Of a stretch of 64,000 bases of DNA, positions 30,450 through 40,674 are shown in pieces (position 1 is the stretch's first letter; each line of letters opens with the position of its first letter). The stretch spans positions 15 to 64,014 of the forward strand of contig JANYDC010000027.1 in the NCBI GenBank assembly GCA_025359965.1, in the 5' to 3' direction. Source of the stretch: Pedosphaera sp. (GTDB lineage Bacteria > Verrucomicrobiota > Verrucomicrobiia > Limisphaerales > SXQI01). The position numbers and the translations under genes are program-made. The notes beneath the pieces were generated by a model. It ran no database searches. It saw only the letters and a program-made list of their open reading frames with translations, and was not told where the DNA came from.

Positions 30450-31088
30450 ATGACAATTGCAGACCTGCGACAAGAATACACTCTGGCCGGACTTCGACGA
30501 TTGGACCTGAACCCGGACCCTTTCAAGCAGTTTCCAAAGTGGTTTGATGAATCGGCAAGCGCAGGAGTGACAGAACCGAATGCCATGACCCTCTCAACTG
30601 TGGATGCGAGTGGTCAACCGAGCGGCCGCACGGTCCTCTTAAAAGTATTCGACGCCCGAGGTTTTGGATTCTTCTCCAACTATGAGAGCCGCAAAGGCAA
30701 TGATATGGCAGCAAATCCGCGCGTTTGCCTGACTTTCTTGTGGCAGCAACTGGAACGTCAGGTGATCGTGCGAGGGGAAGTCAGTAAGCTTGGAAGGGAA
30801 GAGAGCACGAAATATTTTCACAGCCGCCCCTTGGGGAGCCAACTGGGTGCCTGGGTCTCACAACAATCCAGCATTGTTCCCAGCCGTGAATTTTTGGAAG
30901 GCAAGCTCACCGAAGTCACCGAGCGATATCAGGGGGAGACGATTCCCTTACCCGAACATTGGGGCGGATACATGGTGACTCCCAGTGAATTTGAATTTTG
31001 GCAGGGCCGGAGAAACCGACTGCATGACCGCTTTCTTTATAGCAGACAATTCGATGGCATCTGGAAATTGGAGCGACTGGCCCCTTAA
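30450..31088 (+). CDS. pdxH: Pyridoxamine 5-prime-phosphate oxidase
   Basis: RTVLLKVFDARGFGFFSNYESRKG ... EFWQGRRNRLHDRFLY classic PdxH motifs. Confidence 0.85.
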   Translation: MTIADLRQEYTLAGLRRLDLNPDPFKQFPKWFDESASAGVTEPNAMTLSTVDASGQPSGRTVLLKVFDARGFGFFSNYESRKGNDMAANPRVCLTFLWQQLERQVIVRGEVSKLGREESTKYFHSRPLGSQLGAWVSQQSSIVPSREFLEGKLTEVTERYQGETIPLPEHWGGYMVTPSEFEFWQGRRNRLHDRFLYSRQFDGIWKLERLAP

Positions 31089-31133
31089 CAGCAAAGGAGG
31101 AGGCCGGATTCCCGGCCTCCCATGAATTCGATA

Positions 31134-32915
31134 TCAACTCTTCTTAAGTTTGCCCGATTGCAGCATGGTGGAGAGAAGCGCATCAGCAAGGCCTCCGGTT
31201 CCACTTTGCCCCGTGACGGCGACATCAGGCACGATGCGCACGTTCTTGTCTCCGACAATCTGCATCAATTGCATAATAGTGTAGCTTTCGGAGCCAAGGG
31301 ACTCCACACCCGCACGATAGGCTTCGGCCTTGGCGTTGCCGGTGGCTCGGATGGCCTCAGCCTCGCCATGGGCGCGCAGGCGGATTGATTCCGCTTCGCC
31401 ATCCGCTTTTTTGACCGCAGCCCGAGCGTGCAGTTCGGCAATGCTCACCCCCTGCTCCGCTCCCACCACTTGTTGCTGGATGTCGGCGAGCGAGGTCTGG
31501 CGGACCAATTGTTGGCGTTGAATCTGGGCCGCTTCCTGCACCTCGAAAGTCTTGCGTTGCTCCTCGGCAATCTTTCGATCCGTCTGCGTGAGCATGAGTT
31601 CCTGTGGCGGAGTGATGTCGCCTATGAGGGTGTCGATGGCCTGAACATCGTAGGCTCCAAGAGCGGTACGGATATGGCGAGCCGCCTCACTCTGCCGCTG
31701 ACTGCGCGCGCTCAAGAAATCCAGCACTGAGAAATCCTGGGCTGAATTGCGGAAGTAATTTCCTACGATTGGCTGAAGCACGTGATCCACCATGTTCTGC
31801 ATGGAACCCACCCGCGAGATGACCTTAGGGGCGTCAAGCGCGCCGACGTGAATGATTTGGGCCACATCCAGATTGAATCCAAAGCCGTCCTTGGACCGCA
31901 CTGTGATGCTGGAAAGTTTGGCATCAAAATGATGGGCTTCAGTGCGGTTCGCCCAGTTGAGAACAATGTTGGTGGTGGGCACCAACTCGATTTTCATAAC
32001 GCGGGGATTAATCGGGTGCTTGCCGGGATACAATGGAGTCACCCACACTCCCTTGTGCCCGGCCGCGACCAGATCACCATGCTTGAAGTCCGCGCCGCTG
32101 ACGTCGATGTGGGCACGACCCACAAAGGAAATCACCACGCCCACGTAACCAATGGGAATCTCCAGCATGTGGACCTGCTCCACGTTGACAAACCACGGGT
32201 TCAGATTCCAGGAACCACTCAGCATGGGCTGCTCCTGCAAACCGCGATGGCCGCCATTATCGAGGAATGCCTGAGGATTCTGGAAGTTATCATGGGCTGG
32301 CACATTGGGTCCGGCGATTTCGCCTTCGGAGATGGGCTGTCCATCCAGCGTTGTTACCACTCCCACCATGTCGGGTGAAACATGATAAACACGCAAATAT
32401 TCTGAGTTCATTCCCAGCTCACCCGCATTGTAAGAGGTGATGATCTGGAACAACTCCGTGTTGATGCGGTAGGTGCCGGCGGTGATAATGGCTAGTTGAC
32501 GGCCACGCTCGCCGCCGCCTGTCAGGAAGCGGCGCGCATCCTGAAAGTGATCGCAATCCACAGCCCGGGCCAGGATTCGCCCTGGAGGAATGGGAGAGCC
32601 GTCAGCCGCCATGACCAGAGCGATCTCGCCCTGACAAACGCGGACGACTGGAACTTTATCCACGCGGTACTGCCATTTCCATAACCCGAAATGAAGCCCG
32701 GGAGGCAGTGTGTCGGCCTGGATGCCTGATTCATTGGCCAAGGCAATCAATCGGCCCGGTTCCAGTGAACGCGAACCGAATTTTTTAATGACAATCCCCA
32801 CCTCCTGTTCCCGTATGTAAACCGCCCCGAGCCAAAAGGCCCAGAGGATGAACAAAACAATGCCCATCGTCCAAATCATCCAAGGATGAATGAGCCCAAG
32901 AATTCCCGTTGTCAT
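31134..32915 (-). CDS. Flotillin-like SPFH/band-7 protein (YqiK/FloT-like)
   Basis: N-terminal hairpin membrane anchor MIWTMGIVLFILWAFWLGAVYI, SPFH domain, long EA-rich coiled coil AEEQRKTFEVQEAAQIQRQQL...AKAEAYRAG. Confidence 0.85.
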   Translation of the reverse strand: MTTGILGLIHPWMIWTMGIVLFILWAFWLGAVYIREQEVGIVIKKFGSRSLEPGRLIALANESGIQADTLPPGLHFGLWKWQYRVDKVPVVRVCQGEIALVMAADGSPIPPGRILARAVDCDHFQDARRFLTGGGERGRQLAIITAGTYRINTELFQIITSYNAGELGMNSEYLRVYHVSPDMVGVVTTLDGQPISEGEIAGPNVPAHDNFQNPQAFLDNGGHRGLQEQPMLSGSWNLNPWFVNVEQVHMLEIPIGYVGVVISFVGRAHIDVSGADFKHGDLVAAGHKGVWVTPLYPGKHPINPRVMKIELVPTTNIVLNWANRTEAHHFDAKLSSITVRSKDGFGFNLDVAQIIHVGALDAPKVISRVGSMQNMVDHVLQPIVGNYFRNSAQDFSVLDFLSARSQRQSEAARHIRTALGAYDVQAIDTLIGDITPPQELMLTQTDRKIAEEQRKTFEVQEAAQIQRQQLVRQTSLADIQQQVVGAEQGVSIAELHARAAVKKADGEAESIRLRAHGEAEAIRATGNAKAEAYRAGVESLGSESYTIMQLMQIVGDKNVRIVPDVAVTGQSGTGGLADALLSTMLQSGKLKKS

Positions 32916-33283
32916 ATACACTATCTCCGAAGTCGGTCCATGCGGGCGCGTCAGAGCGCGACCGCACAGGCCAGGTTTGAACTTGGGGAGACCGCGAGAA
33001 CCCACCACAAGATGGGGCCGGAGGATCGCCCTTCCAGTTGCCGACGAGGTTAGCTGACGGGCTGAGTCCTAGAAGTGACCCGGAACCATGTTGCCATGAT
33101 TCCCACGCCCCATCCCCGCGTCGTCCGGCGAATGCCGAAAAACCCGGGGAACTTGGTTCCCCCGTGTGTCAGCCCAGGAAGGGGCCGCCACTTAGGCTGC
33201 TGAGCAAGCAATACCACCTCCCCTCAGAATGTCAAAAGCAATTGGATTTCTGCAATTCGCAAATTTACCCAGCGATATTGGGC

Positions 33284-34360
33284 TTAACGGGGAATCAAAT
33301 GAACATGAGGAGCCTTGATGACCGCTGTAACATTGTCGCCGGATTTAAGATTCATTTCCTCGCAGGACTGATTTGTCACAAGCGCAGAAAGGTTAAAACC
33401 GCAGTTCAATTCCACTCGGACGAGAGGGCCTTCACGGGCTAGGGATTCGATAATGGCGGGCAGATGATTTCGAGCACTGTTTGGGCTGTCGCAATCTCTG
33501 GCAACCACCACATCTTCAGCGCGGATACAGACGTGGACGGCACTCGAATTTGCAGGTAAAGCCTGTGGCACAGCAGAGAGCAGGGATGAGCCAACAGCCA
33601 CAGTCAGAAGGTCGTTTTCGTTTTTCACCACGCGGCCAGGAAGAATTGTTTCCACGGTAAAGAGGCTCGCCACTTGAAGGTTGGCCGGTCGGCTGAAAAC
33701 CTCACGCACCGGACCAGTTTGAGCGACTTTGCCATCGATTAAAACAATCATTTCATCCGCCAGAGCAAGAGTCTCAAACCGGTCGTGGGTCACATATAGC
33801 ATTGCAACGCCAAACTCATCGCGGATGCGGGCCAGATAGGGAATGATTCTGGCCTTTAATTTTCGATCTAGGCTTGCCAAAGGTTCATCAAGCAAAAGCA
33901 GAACGGGCGAGGCAAGAAGGGCGCGGGCAAGAGCCACGCGCTGCTTCTCGCCGCCGGAAAGCTCGGTCACTCCGCGTTGGGTAAGCGACTTAATTTCCAA
34001 AACTTCGACGATGCGATCAAAAGTGAATAATGGGGCTTTATCGCCACCAGATTTTTGTCCGTAGCAAAGATTTTGACGCACGGTCAAATGCGGAAACAAG
34101 GCCATATCTTGTGGCACGTAGCCAACACCGCGATGGCGTGTGGGCACGAACAGTCCTTGGGAAACATCAGTCAATACACGGCCATTAAGCTCGATGAAAG
34201 CGCTTTTGGGCGAGCGCAACCCAGCCACAAGCTCCAGCAGGGAGGTTTTACCTGCGCCGGAAGGGCCAAAGATGGCGGTCACCCGTCCCTGAATCTCGGC
34301 ATTCACCTCAAGATTGAAGGCCGCAAGAGGCAGTAGAATATTCTTAAGGATCAGGCTCAT
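33284..34360 (-). CDS. modC: Molybdate ABC transporter ATP-binding protein with C-terminal TOBE domain
   Basis: Walker A GPSGAGKTS, signature LSGGEKQRVALARAL, Walker B LLLLDEP, about 120-aa C-terminal TOBE extension. In a modABC operon. Confidence 0.85.
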   Translation of the reverse strand: MSLILKNILLPLAAFNLEVNAEIQGRVTAIFGPSGAGKTSLLELVAGLRSPKSAFIELNGRVLTDVSQGLFVPTRHRGVGYVPQDMALFPHLTVRQNLCYGQKSGGDKAPLFTFDRIVEVLEIKSLTQRGVTELSGGEKQRVALARALLASPVLLLLDEPLASLDRKLKARIIPYLARIRDEFGVAMLYVTHDRFETLALADEMIVLIDGKVAQTGPVREVFSRPANLQVASLFTVETILPGRVVKNENDLLTVAVGSSLLSAVPQALPANSSAVHVCIRAEDVVVARDCDSPNSARNHLPAIIESLAREGPLVRVELNCGFNLSALVTNQSCEEMNLKSGDNVTAVIKAPHVHLIPR

Positions 34361-34362
34361 TG

Positions 34363-35031
34363 TTAGCGCGTTTTGCGGCGCAGCAGGCATTCACTCCACC
34401 ACACGGCCATGAAAGCCAGCGCAACAGAGACACCAAGCAGCCGAAAAGCATCGGCGTCCTGTCCGATTTGGACTGATTGATAAATGGCCAAGGAAAGTGT
34501 GGAAGTCTGGCCCGGAATATTACCAGCCAACATGATGGTAGCGCCGAATTCTCCCAAGGCCCTCGCAAAGGCCAAAAGCATCCCTCCCAATATACCGCGT
34601 GATGCGAGCGGCAAGGAAATAGTGAAAAACACACGCCAGTCCCCCGCTCCAAGGGTGCGTGCAATTTGTTCAAGGCGCGGGTCCACTCCCTCAAAAGCCA
34701 ATCTGGACGAGCGAACCAGCAAGGGAAAAGACATCACTCCCAGAGCAATCAAAACACCACGCCAGGTAAAAACAAAATCAAAGCCAAAGTGATCATGAAA
34801 AAATCCACCCACCGCACCTCGCCGTCCCAAAATCTTCAGCAAAATAAGTCCGGTAGCCACAGGAGGCATCACCAGAGGCAGGGAAACAATCGTTTCCAGC
34901 AGTGATTTGCCCGGCCATTTGAAACGGGCCAACAGCCAAGCGACACCCAGCCCAAAAGGCAGAATGATGATGGTGCTTAGAGCCGACACCCAGGCGGTGA
35001 ACCAAATGATTTGCCACTCTTCGGCGCTCAT
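34363..35031 (-). CDS. modB: Molybdate ABC transporter permease
   Basis: EAA-loop region. 222 aa, 5 TM. Adjacent to modA and modC. Confidence 0.85.
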   Translation of the reverse strand: MSAEEWQIIWFTAWVSALSTIIILPFGLGVAWLLARFKWPGKSLLETIVSLPLVMPPVATGLILLKILGRRGAVGGFFHDHFGFDFVFTWRGVLIALGVMSFPLLVRSSRLAFEGVDPRLEQIARTLGAGDWRVFFTISLPLASRGILGGMLLAFARALGEFGATIMLAGNIPGQTSTLSLAIYQSVQIGQDADAFRLLGVSVALAFMAVWWSECLLRRKTR

Positions 35032-35049
35032 GTGGTGGCACGCTACGCC

Positions 35050-35808
35050 TTACTTGGGAATGATAAAACCAAATTTCTCAAAGACTTTCGCAGCATCCAC
35101 GGAATCAATGAAGTGAAGGAATTTTTTTGCCGCTTCAGGTTGCGCGGCATCTTTCACCATGGCCAGCGGATAGCTGATATTTGGGGTGTCGGAAAGCGGG
35201 ATTTCGTAGGCGATTTTGACTTTTTTTGAGATGGCCGCATCCGTCTTATACACAATACCTGCCTCCGCATTCCCTGATTCCACCACAGCCAGAGCAGCGC
35301 GGACATTTTCAGTGGGGACGACCTTGGCCTCGATGGTGGACCAAAGATTTTGTTTTAGGAGATATTCTCTGGCATAAATACCTGCCGGTACCGTTTTAGG
35401 TTCGGCCAGGGCAAGATGCTTTACCTTTTCTGTCGTCAGATCCCTGACATTGTCAATTGCCGCACCTCCGTCGGCAGCGACAACAATGACCAGTGAGTTT
35501 GACAAACGGCTTTTGCGGGTAGTTTTCAGGATAAGCCCCTTCTTTTCCAAACCATCCATTTTAGCCTCATCAGCTGAGAAGAAAATGTCGGCGGGCGCCC
35601 CTTCTTCGATTTGGCGAGCAAGTGTGCTGGATGAGCCAAAATTGAAAATGATTTTGTCTCCAGACTGTTTCTCGTGAATCCCAGCAATCTCCTTAAGCGA
35701 TTCAGTAAGACTAGCGGCAGCAAAAACGATGACGTTCGCAGCGTGCAGGCTGACGGTGGCAATGAGTGCCAGAGCGACGCACGAAGCATATAATGAACGA
35801 AGCCTCAT
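35050..35808 (-). CDS. modA: Molybdate-binding periplasmic protein
   Basis: Signal peptide MRLRSLYASCVALALIATVSLHA. VFAAASL...FNFGSS motif of ModA. Confidence 0.85.
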   Translation of the reverse strand: MRLRSLYASCVALALIATVSLHAANVIVFAAASLTESLKEIAGIHEKQSGDKIIFNFGSSSTLARQIEEGAPADIFFSADEAKMDGLEKKGLILKTTRKSRLSNSLVIVVAADGGAAIDNVRDLTTEKVKHLALAEPKTVPAGIYAREYLLKQNLWSTIEAKVVPTENVRAALAVVESGNAEAGIVYKTDAAISKKVKIAYEIPLSDTPNISYPLAMVKDAAQPEAAKKFLHFIDSVDAAKVFEKFGFIIPK

Positions 35809-36128
35809 CGCGCCTGAGTTAAAGAGTGAGTTCGATTTGAATGCACGACACGACCTGCGGCAGGAAGACCGGTTCGAAGCCCAACAAAACGCCTAAGAGT
35901 TGGAATCGAAAGAATCCGAAACCGGGGTGTGGGCGAAATCGGGTTGCAAGGTTGTGTCTTCATTTCCTTGAGCGAAGGTAAACGGCAAATTAGCCAAGGT
36001 ACAGGGATAGTAATTTCAGGCCTTTGGCGACGAGAGAAATTTTGACTGCGCTGAAGTGATACGCCGACGCAGTTTTGGTTTGGAAAAATGCCAGGTCTTA
36101 ATCTCAGCTTAAGGAGGAGCGTGGTAAT

Positions 36129-37208
36129 TTGTCGGCAGTCAGCGAAATCAATGATATGAAAACCAACGAATCGTCAATAGCAACGGATGTGGGTCCCAAG
36201 TGCTTCTACATTCCGATGGGGCGCCGCCGCTTTCTGCACAGCATCGCAACCACCTCGTCCGGTTTTGCGTTGTCTGGGTATTTGGCCGAGGCGCTCACAG
36301 TCACACCCCAAGTCACACAGGGGCCTTATTATCCTCTGGCCAAAAACATTCCACTAGACAAGGACAACGACCTTGTACAACTCAATGACAGCCTCACGGC
36401 AGCGACTGGAATTGTCACATATGTAAGCGGCAGGGTGTTGAATAGTAGTGGCGATCCAATCCGTGGCGCACTGGTCGAACTGTGGCATGCGGACGCCGGA
36501 GGAAATTATACCTATGCCACCAATGCGGCGAGAAATCCCGCCGCAGACCCGAATTTCGCCGGTTTTGGCCAGTTCCTGACCGGATCAAGCGGCGGATACC
36601 GTTTTCGCACAGTCAAAGCAGGTCTATATCGCGGACGCACGCGGCACCTCCATTTTGGTGTCACAATCCCAGGACAGTTGAAGCGCTACACGACGCAGTT
36701 GTTCTGGAACGAGGTGGCTAAGGACGCCAACGGAACTGTATGGGACACAACCAATGCCAATGATATGGTGCTCACCGGGATCACCAATTCAGCCCAGCGA
36801 GCCTCAGTCGTTAAGGATTTTACGGCTGTGGCCGGGACCACCACTGGAGAACAGGAGGCAAGTTGGGATATTGTGATGGGCCTGACTCCTATTGAGCCCA
36901 ATTATCCAGGGAGCGGAGGCTTGGTCGTGGCAGGGAGGGCCGTGTCGGGTCCGAACGGGAATCCACGTTACAAGATCACCCTGCCCGTCTACAGCGGCTA
37001 CAGCTACGAGGTTTATTCAAACCCGACCTTCGCTAGTCTGGCCTGGTCGGCCCGACCTTTTTCGCTTAGCCAGACCGGCAGTATTGATCGAAACATTTAT
37101 ACTGCAACGGCGGAGGGAAGTCTGGACATCTACCTTGATGCGGCAGCGGTGAAAGGATTTTACTACGTGTCATTCCGAGAGCCGAACGCAAATGTTGGCA
37201 CCCCGTGA
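36129..37208 (+). CDS. TAT-exported intradiol ring-cleavage dioxygenase-like protein with C-terminal extension
   Basis: TTG start 10 nt after strong SD aaggagga. RRRFLHS TAT motif. VELWHADAGGNY and RTRHLHF motifs of dioxygenase/protocatechuate-dioxygenase-like fold. Confidence 0.65.
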   Translation: MSAVSEINDMKTNESSIATDVGPKCFYIPMGRRRFLHSIATTSSGFALSGYLAEALTVTPQVTQGPYYPLAKNIPLDKDNDLVQLNDSLTAATGIVTYVSGRVLNSSGDPIRGALVELWHADAGGNYTYATNAARNPAADPNFAGFGQFLTGSSGGYRFRTVKAGLYRGRTRHLHFGVTIPGQLKRYTTQLFWNEVAKDANGTVWDTTNANDMVLTGITNSAQRASVVKDFTAVAGTTTGEQEASWDIVMGLTPIEPNYPGSGGLVVAGRAVSGPNGNPRYKITLPVYSGYSYEVYSNPTFASLAWSARPFSLSQTGSIDRNIYTATAEGSLDIYLDAAAVKGFYYVSFREPNANVGTP

Positions 37209-37290
37209 CGAATGCTCGGTGCCTGCCGAAAGCAAAAGCCAGCACCACAAGATCATCAGAGCAACGAAATGTAATGACTGAACCCTTCGG

Positions 37291-38010
37291 TTACTTTCGA
37301 CCTTCCGCAACGCCTCTTGCCATCCGTCTGGGCACAAGGTTGAGAATCAGCCGGCAAACAGGGCTGGGAAGGAATTTACCGATGATTTCTACAGGATCGC
37401 GGCGCATTTTGCTCAACTGACGTTGGGCAGCCTGCAGACTCGACGCCGAAGGTTGCGGCTTAAGTTTGCGGGCTTGGAAAAGACCCTCGACGCTGATGTC
37501 ATGTAGTTTGCAATCCCAGTTATCAAGCACGGAAACATAAGGAATCAGCCATTTGCCCTTGCGAAGCTTTGCGTCATGAGAAAAAAGCTGGCCTCCGACT
37601 GGAATGCGGTCGGCCAACAGCAAAAACTCATCTATTTGTTCCATTGGATTATTTCCGCCATCAAGAAATACGACATCCAAATTGAATTCCTGCCCCTGCT
37701 TCTTAAGCCAATCCGGAATGACCTTCTGCGAAAAACCGAACAGAGGCGTAAATCGCCCCCAAGCATCGGGTGCCAACCGCTTGATGTTGGCCACCATTTG
37801 TTCATACACGGCAGGATCAGCCTCGATCCCCCACAGATGGCCCTCCTGATTTTTGTGCAGTGCGAGCAGAAACTGGGCAGTGCTGCCGCCTCCCATCCAC
37901 GTTCCCACCTCCAGTACGGCACGAGGCTTAGTTTTTTCGCCCAGTACGGCTTGCGTGAGTGTATCGCGCTCCGTCTGATTCAGTTGTCCCTCAATTTCCT
38001 CGGCTGGCAT
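37291..38010 (-). CDS. Class I SAM-dependent methyltransferase
   Basis: VLEVGTWMGGGS motif I, VFLDGG motif. Confidence 0.75.
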   Translation of the reverse strand: MPAEEIEGQLNQTERDTLTQAVLGEKTKPRAVLEVGTWMGGGSTAQFLLALHKNQEGHLWGIEADPAVYEQMVANIKRLAPDAWGRFTPLFGFSQKVIPDWLKKQGQEFNLDVVFLDGGNNPMEQIDEFLLLADRIPVGGQLFSHDAKLRKGKWLIPYVSVLDNWDCKLHDISVEGLFQARKLKPQPSASSLQAAQRQLSKMRRDPVEIIGKFLPSPVCRLILNLVPRRMARGVAEGRK

Positions 38011-38282
38011 CAAACAAAAATCTATGGATTTTATCGAGGATGGCAACCTTACTCTGGAGTTCGGTCAGGGTTGCGAGGTGCGAGCTACGTTGGGTGCCGA
38101 TGGGGGTGGCATCCACAACCACAAAGCAGTTGCGGCTGTCCGACCAGAGCCAATGTGACCTAATGGTTGCCCCATCGGGCAACCATTGGGTTGGTGGATA
38201 AAATCCCTTGGGGATTTTAAGCTACTGATAAGGCGAGGAAATCGAAGGAAGAATTTCGTCTCGCACCCTTGCGAAAACGGCG

Positions 38283-38316
38283 CAAAAAAGCGGCACCCGC
38301 CGGGGTGCCGCTTTCT
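38283..38316 (-). terminator. Rho-independent terminator of the PEP-CTERM gene
   Basis: On the minus strand aagcggcacccc-ggcg-ggtgccgctt GC-rich hairpin followed by ttttttgcg, starting about 15 nt past the stop. Confidence 0.55.
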
Positions 38317-38330
38317 GAATAAGAAACTGA

Positions 38331-38909
38331 TTATGCTTTGGCAGCGCGACGACGGAAGCCAGTCGCAACCAGACCTGCGAGAACACCCGCTGCGGCCAAT
38401 GTGCCGACTTCAGGCACGGGTTGACAATCCACGAATCGCGTGTCTTGATCAAGAATGAGATTCACACCGCTGGGTCCACTAAAATCCTCAAAAAAACGGA
38501 CTTCGAAGGAATGAATTCCCGCTGTCAAAAAGGCGGCGCCAGGCACGGTATTGGGGCCATGGCCTCCTCCATTATCGATGATCTGTACGTTGTCGATGAA
38601 AAGACTTGAGCCGTCGTCAGAATCCAATTGAAAGAGGTGAACATCAGTGCTACCCACTTCGATACAGCCAGTTAAAACAGCACCAAAGGATTGCAGACCG
38701 AAAGGATGCCAAGCGTAGCTGGTTGGGTTGACAAAATCGGCATCAGGGTTGGTGAAACTCCCCGCCAAATCGCTGAATGGAGTACCGTCGTATGTTCCGA
38801 AGCTTCTGTAGACATCCACCTTGACAGGACCAGCCGCCTGAACGTTGACCATGCCCACGACCGCCAGAGCAGCAGCTCCAAGCCATTTACCGATGAGACT
38901 TTTCTTCAT
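38331..38909 (-). CDS. PEP-CTERM sorting-domain protein with PA14-like domain
   Basis: Signal peptide MKKSLIGKWLGAAALAVVGMVNVQAAG. C-terminus VPEVGTLAAAGVLAGLVATGFRRRAAKA = PEP motif + TM + Arg cluster. Confidence 0.8.
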   Translation of the reverse strand: MKKSLIGKWLGAAALAVVGMVNVQAAGPVKVDVYRSFGTYDGTPFSDLAGSFTNPDADFVNPTSYAWHPFGLQSFGAVLTGCIEVGSTDVHLFQLDSDDGSSLFIDNVQIIDNGGGHGPNTVPGAAFLTAGIHSFEVRFFEDFSGPSGVNLILDQDTRFVDCQPVPEVGTLAAAGVLAGLVATGFRRRAAKA

Positions 38910-39618
38910 AGTTTTGTGGTTATTTTTTCCGACATTAAACCCACTTAAGAGCAGGAGAGAACTTTCAACGCCACGCATGGCATTGAACTGACCTATTCAC
39001 AGTGGGCGCACTTTTCATTACCAGAACACCCTGCCAAGCGCAATCATTTTGTGTTATTTTAATACTATATAAGGCCTTAATAGAACCATCACAAAAGCGG
39101 CAATTATTACCGCCTGCAAGTTATGTCTTCCAAATGCTTTTGCTGCAATTGATTGCGACAAATTCAAATTCCCACACGAGATTCGCCCTTCGTTTTATGC
39201 GCCGGCAAAGCCAGCGAAACAAACTTCTCACAGTGTTTACGCCCACCGCTTATTGCACTGAAAAATCATGCACTCATTTTAATCAACGCGAAATTGCCGA
39301 AGAGGAAGAAATTCCGAAGGACTATTCAGCAGCCGTTGTAGCTGAGTTCCCTCCAAAAAAACCAGCATTATGACGGCCACTGAAGTCGGACACCAAAATG
39401 ATGCCCAAGTAGAAGGGGAATAGGAGTGTTTCAAAGTGACGTGTGACATTGATTTCACTCCGCTTGGGGCGCTTGGGCATCAAGACGCGTGAACATCATC
39501 ATCAGCTCAGCCCGGCTTTTAGTGAGTTTCTTAAAAGGCGGGCCAACGGAAATTTGCTGACTTACCGTTGCCCATTCAATGCCACCGCCTTACTGTGGGG
39601 CAGTTCAAAGAATCAACT
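38910..39618. other. About 700-bp A/T-rich non-coding region
   Basis: No convincing ORF (39002-39373 ORF is low-complexity, no SD). Strongly lower GC than the flanks. Confidence 0.4.
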
Positions 39619-40674
39619 ATGACCGAGACATCATCGACTTTAGCTTCTGTCGCCCCGGGCGGCACACTGGTTCCATCCGGTGATGTGGAGGCGATCAAGG
39701 AATTGCGGGGCCTTTACGAAAGCCTGCGCCAGGAAATCGGGAAGGTGATCATCGGGCAACACGAGGTGGTTGAACGCTTGCTGATCTGTATCCTGGCCCG
39801 GGGGCACGCGTTGCTGATGGGTGTTCCGGGGCTGGCAAAAACCACCATTATCAATGCGCTCTCACAGGCGATGTCGCTCGAGTTTAATCGCATTCAGTTC
39901 ACGCCTGACTTGATGCCCTCCGACATCACCGGAACGGATATCTTGCAGGAGACAGATCAACCGGGCCGCCGGGCCTTTGTGTTTGTCAAGGGACCTATTT
40001 TCGCCAATATCGTGCTGGCAGATGAAATCAATCGCACCCCCCCAAAAACGCAAGCGGCCTTGCTCGAAGCCATGCAGGAACACCGGGTCACGGTGGCGGG
40101 CCGTCTTTTCAGCCTGCCTTCGCCGTTCTTCGTGCTGGCCACGCAAAACCCCATTGAACAGGAAGGCACCTACGCCCTTCCGGAAGCGCAGTTGGACCGG
40201 TTCATGTTTTTCATCCACGTGGATTACCCAACGCGGGACGAGGAACGCCGGTTGGCGCGTGAAACCACCGGAGGCGAGCGGCCGAACCTTAACCACATCC
40301 TTTCCGGGGCTGACGTTCTTCGCTTTCAGGAAATCGTGTCACGCGTGCCTGTGCCTGATCACGTATACGATGCCGCTGTTGATCTAGTCCGAAAAACGCG
40401 CCCTGCGTCTCCTGAGGCACCAGCAGCGATTCGGAAAATGGTGACATGGGGGGCGGGGCCACGCGCCATTCAGTATTTGATACGTGGCGCCAAGGCTCAC
40501 GCGGTCTTGCGTGGAAGCTATCTGGTGCGCATGGAAGACCTGGAAGCAGTGGCCCATCCCGTGTTAACCCATCGCATCCTCACCAATTTTCAAGCCCAGG
40601 CTGAGGGTGTGACGAGCAGGGCGATTATTGATCAGCTGCTGACTGAAATGCGCGGAGCAAGCGTGCGTGAGTGA
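39619..40674 (+). CDS. MoxR family AAA+ ATPase
   Basis: Walker A GVPGLAKTT, Walker B VLADEINR, sensor motifs. Typical MoxR length. Confidence 0.9.
   Translation: MTETSSTLASVAPGGTLVPSGDVEAIKELRGLYESLRQEIGKVIIGQHEVVERLLICILARGHALLMGVPGLAKTTIINALSQAMSLEFNRIQFTPDLMPSDITGTDILQETDQPGRRAFVFVKGPIFANIVLADEINRTPPKTQAALLEAMQEHRVTVAGRLFSLPSPFFVLATQNPIEQEGTYALPEAQLDRFMFFIHVDYPTRDEERRLARETTGGERPNLNHILSGADVLRFQEIVSRVPVPDHVYDAAVDLVRKTRPASPEAPAAIRKMVTWGAGPRAIQYLIRGAKAHAVLRGSYLVRMEDLEAVAHPVLTHRILTNFQAQAEGVTSRAIIDQLLTEMRGASVRE

Noticed and set aside
33038-33442. 134-aa plus-strand ORF in the flotillin/modC spacer
   Set aside because: Overlaps the modC 3-prime end in antisense. Composition like non-coding DNA. 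No motif.
39002-39373. 123-aa ORF in the A/T-rich island
   Set aside because: Low-complexity translation, no SD, atypical codon usage. The region is treated as non-coding of interest instead.
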